Assembly: GCA_030645735.1 (NCBI GenBank)
Contig: JAUSNP010000003.1
Location: 27,608 to 91,607, forward strand
Direction of reading: 5' to 3'
Source: Candidatus Moraniibacteriota bacterium
GTDB lineage: Bacteria > Patescibacteriota > Minisyncoccia > Moranbacterales > UBA2206
DNA: 64,000 bases
The notes beneath the pieces were generated by a model, which saw nothing but the letters and a program-made list of their open reading frames with translations, had not been told where the DNA came from and ran no database searches. Position numbers and translations under genes: made by a program. Position 1 is the stretch's first letter. Every line of letters begins with the position of its first letter. Below, in pieces: positions 58,075-64,000 of this stretch.

Positions 58075-59478
58075 ATGTTTGAATTTTTCAAAAACAGTCG
58101 CAAGCTTTTAGGCATGAACTCAAGAAATCTTGAGTTCATTCGGCCGTTCAATCGCGCCAAGGCCAAACGATTGGCGGACAACAAAATGCGCAGTAAGCGT
58201 GTGCTGAAAAAGAATGGCATTTCTGTTTCCAAACTGATTGCCACCATCAAAACAATTGAGGACTTGGAAAATTTTGATTGGCAAAAGTTGCCCAATAGCT
58301 TTGCCTTGAAACCTAATCGCGGTTTTGGTGGTGAAGGAATTGTTGTCGTCTATGGCAAGAAAAAGGGCCGCGATGATGCCTGGGTCAAAGCTGATCGCTC
58401 CCTCATCACCATTGAAGATTTAGTTAGTCACATTCGCAACATTTTGGACGGTTCTTTTTCACTTTCCAACACGCCTGACTTTGCTTTTTTTGAAGAACGC
58501 TTACAACTTTTGAAGTTATTCAAGCCCTATTCATATAAAGGTATTCCTGATATTCGCGTGATTGTTTTCAACAAAATTCCTGTGATGGCCATGTTGCGCT
58601 TGCCTACTAAAGAATCCGGTGGCAAGGCCAACTTGCATCAAGGCGCTATCGGGGTGGGTATCGACTTAGCTACTGGCGTAACAACCACCGCTATTCAAAA
58701 CAATCGCCTGATTGAAAAAATTCCTGGTACGCAACTTTCTACCAGTGGTTTGCGTATTCCCTATTGGAAGGATATTTTATTTTTAGCCACCAAGGCGCAA
58801 GAAATTTCTGGGCTAGGTTATCTGGGGGCTGACATCGCCATCGACAAAGAAAACGGTCCAACCATTTTGGAACTCAATGCCCGCCCAGGACTCGCCATTC
58901 AAGTGGCTAATTTGGCAGGTCTTGCGGAAAGACTCAAAAGAGTTTCTGGGATCAAGATAAAAACCGTCGAAAAAGGCGTACGCGTGGGCATGGATCTTTT
59001 TGGTGGAGAAATTGAAGAAGAACTAGAGGAAATTTCTGGTCGGAAAGTCATTGGCACAGTGGAAAAAGTGAAAATTACTGGTAAAAATGGCAAGGAAGTT
59101 GAGGTTGAAGCTAGAATAGATACTGGCGCCGGCATATCCGCCATCAGCAAAGAATTGGCCATCGAACTAGGCTTTGACGAAGCAGTTCGTTATTGGGAGG
59201 AATTTAATCTGGACAAGGTTCTCTCTGAAGAAGAAATACAAAAACTTAGCGCCAACAAAACTTGGAAGGAATTAGAAAAACATCCTGATATTGTGGGCGT
59301 CGCAAAAACATATTCCGCTCATGGCGCAACTTATCGAATAGAAATCAAAGTTTCATTATTAATAGATAATCTGGCTGTCCTATCAAAACTGTCCATTTCC
59401 AACAGAAGTGGTCTTGCCTATCCAATTCTTATCGGCCGCAGAGATCTGAATAAGTTTTTAATAGATGTAAAAAAATGA
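58075..59478 (+). CDS. Alpha-L-glutamate ligase-like ATP-grasp fused to a retropepsin-like (RimB-type) protease
   Basis: LGMNSRN, MAMLRLPT..S.GKANLHQGA, LELNARPGL; C-terminal ARIDTGA...ILIGRR. Confidence 0.88.
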   Translation: MFEFFKNSRKLLGMNSRNLEFIRPFNRAKAKRLADNKMRSKRVLKKNGISVSKLIATIKTIEDLENFDWQKLPNSFALKPNRGFGGEGIVVVYGKKKGRDDAWVKADRSLITIEDLVSHIRNILDGSFSLSNTPDFAFFEERLQLLKLFKPYSYKGIPDIRVIVFNKIPVMAMLRLPTKESGGKANLHQGAIGVGIDLATGVTTTAIQNNRLIEKIPGTQLSTSGLRIPYWKDILFLATKAQEISGLGYLGADIAIDKENGPTILELNARPGLAIQVANLAGLAERLKRVSGIKIKTVEKGVRVGMDLFGGEIEEELEEISGRKVIGTVEKVKITGKNGKEVEVEARIDTGAGISAISKELAIELGFDEAVRYWEEFNLDKVLSEEEIQKLSANKTWKELEKHPDIVGVAKTYSAHGATYRIEIKVSLLIDNLAVLSKLSISNRSGLAYPILIGRRDLNKFLIDVKK

Positions 59479-60452
59479 TAAAAAATCCGCCACTAATTAA
59501 AAAGATTGTCGAAGAAATGGGTGGGACTTTTGAAGAGGTCGTTCCCGAACGCGGTTGCTATTATATTCATGTGAAAGGCAAGGTTTTTATGATTACCCGA
59601 AAATTTAGAATTGCTAAAAATTTCATTAGTGTTGCTGGAGCAACTGCTTACAAAGATTTAACCTATACTTTGCTCAAGCGGCAGTCCCTTCCTACGCCTA
59701 CTACAGTTTTTTTCTTTAGAAAAAATTTCAAACCAGCAGACATTAAAAACAAATTGTTGGATATGCAATTTCCAATAATTATTAAGGATTCCGCTGGTTC
59801 AAATAGCCAGGGTATTTTTCCATATATAAAAAATTTAAAGGAAGCTCAATCTATTATAAACAAAGAGATTTTGAATTTCAGATCACTCATCGCCCAAGAA
59901 ATGATTTTTGGCAAAGAATATCGCATTTTAATTTTGGACGACAAAGTTATCGGGGCATTAGAAATGATCCCGCCACGAGTTTTTGGTGATGGAAAATCTA
60001 CAATTGCGCAACTAATCGCAGAAAAGCAAAAACATACTCATCGCAAGACGCCTATCGATCCGGCTCTAAAAATAATCCTGCAAGAACAAGGCTTTTCCCT
60101 TGATTCTGTTCTAGCTGCTAATGAGATTGTCTCAATCAAAAAAAGTTCTTCTCTGGCAGAGGGCGGGGAAACTCGCGATGTCACCGAACTAGTTAATAAA
60201 AAAATTGTTGCTATTTGCGCGCAAGCGTCTGACGCTATTGGCGATTATCTAGCTGGTATTGATATAATCTGCGAAGACATTTCAAAAAATCCAACCACGC
60301 AAACATTCGGCATTTTAGAAATAAACGGCAAGCCTGATATTTATATTCACTACAACCCAACTTTTGGAAAATCTAGAAATGTCATAAAGGACATCATAAA
60401 TTTTATTCTGAAATTGAGCACCACACAAAAAAGTGCCCTATCAAAAAAATAA
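59475..60452 (+). CDS. ATP-grasp ligase (cyanophycin synthetase / glutamate-cysteine ligase-like)
   Basis: FPIIIK..GSNSQGI, EYRILIL, PPRVFGDG.STI.QLI, LAEGG, AGIDII, LEINGKP. Confidence 0.82.
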   Translation: MIKNPPLIKKIVEEMGGTFEEVVPERGCYYIHVKGKVFMITRKFRIAKNFISVAGATAYKDLTYTLLKRQSLPTPTTVFFFRKNFKPADIKNKLLDMQFPIIIKDSAGSNSQGIFPYIKNLKEAQSIINKEILNFRSLIAQEMIFGKEYRILILDDKVIGALEMIPPRVFGDGKSTIAQLIAEKQKHTHRKTPIDPALKIILQEQGFSLDSVLAANEIVSIKKSSSLAEGGETRDVTELVNKKIVAICAQASDAIGDYLAGIDIICEDISKNPTTQTFGILEINGKPDIYIHYNPTFGKSRNVIKDIINFILKLSTTQKSALSKK

Positions 60453-60455
60453 CCT

Positions 60456-61379
60456 ATGAAAAAGATTCTGCTAATTGGCATTGGGGAAGAAAATAGCCCC
60501 AAACAATATCTTCCGCCTGCCTTTAAAAAAAATGCAATGCCTTTTATCTATGCAAAGTGGTCAGACTTATCTTTTCAAGGAAAAGATGTTTTCGTTGGAC
60601 AAATCAAGCTTGACTTCAAAAATATAAAGACTGTTATTTTTGATATTTTTCGCTTTCCTATTATAAAAAAGGTGAGCAAGCAAGCCTTTAACTATAATTT
60701 GGAGAACGAGTTTAATATTTTGCTTAATATTCTAAAAGAAAAAGGAATTTACACGCCTAACCATACATTCTTTTTGCAATACCCTTTTTATAATAAATTC
60801 TCACAGATGCACATATTTGCTAGCAAAAAAATCCCCACTATTTCAACCTTGCACCTGTGCGATAACAAAAAAAACAAAGTCCTTAGTTTGCTCAAAAAAC
60901 AATCCATACCCTTTCCCTTAGTCGCCAAAGAAAGTTATGGAGGTGGCGGAAATAATGTTTGGAAAATATCCAATAAAAAAGCGTTGGAAAGTTTTATTGA
61001 AAATCGCAGGAATATCAATACTGTATTCCAGCCTTATATAAAAAATGATGCTGATTATAGAGCTATTGTGATAAATGGGGAATGTATTGGGCTAATGAAA
61101 AGAAGCGCCCAGAAGGGTCAGTGGAAAAACAATTTTTCGCTCGGTGGAAAAGTACAAAAATATATCGATCCCAAGATGAGTCGTTTTGCCGTCAATGTTT
61201 GCAAGAAAATGGGGCTTGAAATGGTGGGGTTAGATATTCTCGCCACCAAAAATGGGTTTGTGATAATTGAGGCTAATTTATTTTTTGGCCTTGATGGATT
61301 TCAATCAGTCCATCCAGAAATAAATATAGCCGAAAAAATAATAAAATTAATTTCAACTAAAAACATATGCAAAAAGTGA
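60456..61379 (+). CDS. RimK-like ATP-grasp ligase
   Basis: FPLVAK..GGGG..V, QPYI..DYRAIVI.G, WKNNFSLGG, GLDIL, IEAN. Confidence 0.85.
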   Translation: MKKILLIGIGEENSPKQYLPPAFKKNAMPFIYAKWSDLSFQGKDVFVGQIKLDFKNIKTVIFDIFRFPIIKKVSKQAFNYNLENEFNILLNILKEKGIYTPNHTFFLQYPFYNKFSQMHIFASKKIPTISTLHLCDNKKNKVLSLLKKQSIPFPLVAKESYGGGGNNVWKISNKKALESFIENRRNINTVFQPYIKNDADYRAIVINGECIGLMKRSAQKGQWKNNFSLGGKVQKYIDPKMSRFAVNVCKKMGLEMVGLDILATKNGFVIIEANLFFGLDGFQSVHPEINIAEKIIKLISTKNICKK

Positions 61380-62323
61380 TGATTCTCTTCGGCAAAAGCG
61401 ACTGGCGCAAGGCCAAGCCGTTTGCTAATAAGGACTACCAGTATTCTTATGAATACTTCTATTCTTTGTGTAAAAAAAACAACATTCAGATGTATCGAGC
61501 CTCCTACCAATGGTACGACCACACAAACAATCTTTTCAAATATGCTTGGCTCTATGAAGGAGAGGGTGGCAAGTGGAAGAAAGTTAAAAATATAAAACCC
61601 GCCTTAGTTTATGACAAAACCAAGGCTCGCATGGAAGTCTACCACATCAAGGAATTGATAGGCCAAAATTATCCATTCATAAATGATCAGATTTTTACAA
61701 GATTAATTGATGATAAATTCACTACTAGTTTAATTTTTGAAAAATGGAGTAAAAAAAATTGGCTGATACAAAATCATGCTGACTTGAAAAAAACTCTCCC
61801 AAAAATAACAACTAGTAAAGTCGTGCTAAAGCCACTGATGGAAAGCGGCGGCAAAGGCGTTCAGGTTTTGAACAAAAAAGACGCTGCGAGCAAGGCTCAG
61901 ATTGAGGGGGTGAGTTTGATTCAGGATTTCATCGATTCATCCAACGGCGTTCCGGGCGTAAGCACGGCCATGCATGATTTGCGCGTTGTTATGATCAATG
62001 AAAAAATTATCTATGCCTACATCAGAGAGCCTCAGGCGGGCAGTTACCTGGCTAATTTGGCTCAAGGCGGATCCCTGAAAATTGTACCTAAAGAAAAATT
62101 GCCAAAAGCCCTTTTGCCTATTATAAATTTCGCTAACAACGCTCTCGCCTCGTTTAACCCTAGAATTTTTTCCATCGATTTTATGTTTGATGAAAATAAA
62201 AAACCTTGGGTAGTAGAATTGAATTCTATGCCAGGCCTGTTTTTTACTCCAGAAGAAAAGCCCTATATGCTAGAAATGTATGCTGAGCTACTCCAGGTTT
62301 TTAAAACTGCTTTAAAAAAATAA
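61367..62323 (+). CDS. ATP-grasp ligase (RimK/GshB/YheCD-like)
   Basis: VLKP..SGGKGV, IQDFIDS, HDLRVV, ANLAQGG, IDFMF, VELNSMPG. Confidence 0.82.
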   Translation: MQKVMILFGKSDWRKAKPFANKDYQYSYEYFYSLCKKNNIQMYRASYQWYDHTNNLFKYAWLYEGEGGKWKKVKNIKPALVYDKTKARMEVYHIKELIGQNYPFINDQIFTRLIDDKFTTSLIFEKWSKKNWLIQNHADLKKTLPKITTSKVVLKPLMESGGKGVQVLNKKDAASKAQIEGVSLIQDFIDSSNGVPGVSTAMHDLRVVMINEKIIYAYIREPQAGSYLANLAQGGSLKIVPKEKLPKALLPIINFANNALASFNPRIFSIDFMFDENKKPWVVELNSMPGLFFTPEEKPYMLEMYAELLQVFKTALKK

Positions 62324-62334
62324 TTTGATCCTTT

Positions 62335-63219
62335 ATGCGTATCTGCGTGATTACCGACTCTGCCTCGTCTTATGCCTCAAAAAGATTTCTAGCCGAATCC
62401 CTTCTGTTAAATATTGATCTGACTTTTGTTTCTTGGAAAGACATCTTCTTCAATGGAGAAAGCGGAGATGTTTTTTTTGATACGGATTCGCAAATTTCCA
62501 TAAAAAAATTTGATGCCGTAGTGTTGCGCAGTTCACTCGCTTCCATAACCCCGCAATCGCTGCTTGTTGAATATTGCCAGAGCCAAAAGATTCCACTTCT
62601 CAACGACATTTTTTATTCAAGATACCAGAGCACCAACAAATTGCGCCAGCAAATGCTGTTCTCATCTAAAAATATCCCTTGTCTAAAAACAATTTATAGC
62701 GAAACTGCTCCGTTTAGTTATCTAAAAAAATCTCTTGGCCTGCCTTTTGTCGCAAAAATGGCCAGTGGCAGCCTAGGAAAACAAGTATTTAAAATATGCT
62801 CAGAATCTGAATTTGAATTATTCATAAAAAACCGGAAAAGAGACCGCAAATTATATATTTTTCAAAAATTTTATAAGAACACTGGGGATTATAGGATGTT
62901 TATTATCGGCAAAGAAATTTTTGGCCCCGTTAAACGAATTGCCAAAAAAGGTGAATGGATAACAAACCTAGCTGGCTCGACACATGCACGAGCGCCGAAA
63001 AATAAAAAAACAACTACTTTGGTTGAGGATCTCGCTAAGAAAATAGGCTTAGAATTTGGAGGTATTGACGTTCTTATTGATTCAAAGGGCGTAGCGCGCA
63101 TTATTGAGATAAACACCATGGCCCAATTTAAAGTTTTTGAATCGGTTTTTCCTGAAATAAATATTGCCCAAAAAACCTTATTATTGTTAAAATCTAGGTT
63201 GCGCGCTTCTGGCAAATAA
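62335..63219 (+). CDS. RimK-like ATP-grasp ligase
   Basis: PFVAK..GSLGKQV, QKF..DYRMFIIG, WITN, GIDVL, IEIN. Confidence 0.85.
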   Translation: MRICVITDSASSYASKRFLAESLLLNIDLTFVSWKDIFFNGESGDVFFDTDSQISIKKFDAVVLRSSLASITPQSLLVEYCQSQKIPLLNDIFYSRYQSTNKLRQQMLFSSKNIPCLKTIYSETAPFSYLKKSLGLPFVAKMASGSLGKQVFKICSESEFELFIKNRKRDRKLYIFQKFYKNTGDYRMFIIGKEIFGPVKRIAKKGEWITNLAGSTHARAPKNKKTTTLVEDLAKKIGLEFGGIDVLIDSKGVARIIEINTMAQFKVFESVFPEINIAQKTLLLLKSRLRASGK

Positions 63220-63340
63220 ACTCTCTCTTAACACTTGATAAATAACCCAAAATATTATAAAATAGTAACTATCTTTGCAAGAAATCTTGCAAAATTTAAA
63301 AAGGCTTTGATCAGCCCTATTAAGCAATAATATCTATTTT

Positions 63341-64000
63341 ATGAAACATGTTTTTATCGCCTTCAAGGACTTCAAAAGTGCTTCTACGCAAGACCGCTGG
63401 AAGATGATTCGCCAATGGTCACTCTACGTGGCCGGTGTTTTTGTCATTCTTACGATTGGAGTTTTTGCCTATTTTGCCAAAGATTTGCCGGATGCCAGCG
63501 GTGTCAGCAAGCGAGCGATGGTGGAGTCAACCAAGATTTATGACCGCACTGGTGATCATTTGCTCTATGATATTCATGGCGAAGAAAAGCGCACCCAGAT
63601 CCAGTTCAAGGATATGCCCGATACCATCAAATTTGCCACCATCTCACTGGAAGACCAAAATTTCTATTCTCACCCTGGCTTTGATGTGAAGGGCTTACTC
63701 AATGCCGTTATCTCAAATGTTTTGCAAAGTGGTGGTGGCCGAGGAGGATCTACTATAACTCAACAATTTGTTAAAAATTCCATCCTGACTGGTGAGCGAT
63801 CAATGTCACGTAAAATCAAAGAATTAATCCTAGCTATTGAGTTGGAATTTAAATTCTCTAAAGATGAGATTTTGGGCATGTACCTCAATGAAATCCCGTA
63901 TGGCTCCAATGCCTATGGGATTGAGGCGGCGGCGCAAACTTTTTTCGGCAAACATGCTTCGCAACTAACGCTAGATGAATCAGCTCTTTTGGCGTCCCTG
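63341..64000 (+). CDS. Class A penicillin-binding protein (transglycosylase domain), partial
   Basis: Manual translation: TM, STKIYDRTG, EDQNFYSHPG, GGSTITQQFVKN, RKIKE, YLNEIPYG..YGIEAAA..FFGK. Confidence 0.93.
   Translation, partial: MKHVFIAFKDFKSASTQDRWKMIRQWSLYVAGVFVILTIGVFAYFAKDLPDASGVSKRAMVESTKIYDRTGDHLLYDIHGEEKRTQIQFKDMPDTIKFATISLEDQNFYSHPGFDVKGLLNAVISNVLQSGGGRGGSTITQQFVKNSILTGERSMSRKIKELILAIELEFKFSKDEILGMYLNEIPYGSNAYGIEAAAQTFFGKHASQLTLDESALLASL

Noticed and set aside
1-64000. Alternative genetic code (TGA=Gly) as in Gracilibacteria/Absconditabacteria
   Set aside because: Long conserved genes are intact under code 11 and TGA terminates pyrF and others

Overview
AT-rich bacterial chromosome segment using code 11. 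Gene content and style (three TrmB-like regulators, DUF3048, lamin-tail protein, FemAB/FemX, DUF212, core genes without Shine-Dalgarno sites) point to Patescibacteria/CPR, probably Parcubacteria; this is an inference. The housekeeping backbone includes rpoD, dnaG, pyk, lemA-htpX, murE, ruvA/B/C, rpsT, holA, mutM, polA, tsaE, yebC, a PBP1A fragment, tRNA-Asn and tRNA-Ser. It is interleaved with single-gene accessory cassettes and many small repeats. Main observations: (1) two four-helix-bundle genes sit inside inverted 7- or 9-mer arrays; the heptamer arms follow a fixed 4x7+4+nx7 layout that recurs as empty intergenic copies and as in-frame inserts in murE and mutM, with a related array in tsaE. 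(2) Three Bro-N-like paralogs each carry a different DNA palindrome at the same codon position and share a palindromic operator over the -10 box. (3) A 45-bp covarying hairpin is inserted in frame in both femX and polA. (4) A Phe/Trp/Tyr leader-peptide attenuator precedes an orphan ORF. (5) A five-ATP-grasp locus has a 7TM partner and a fused retropepsin-like domain. (6) A PilB/GspE protein has two ATPase modules. (7) A hairpin-flanked GIY-YIG gene and a MITE are present. All calls come from reading motifs by eye; no searches were run.
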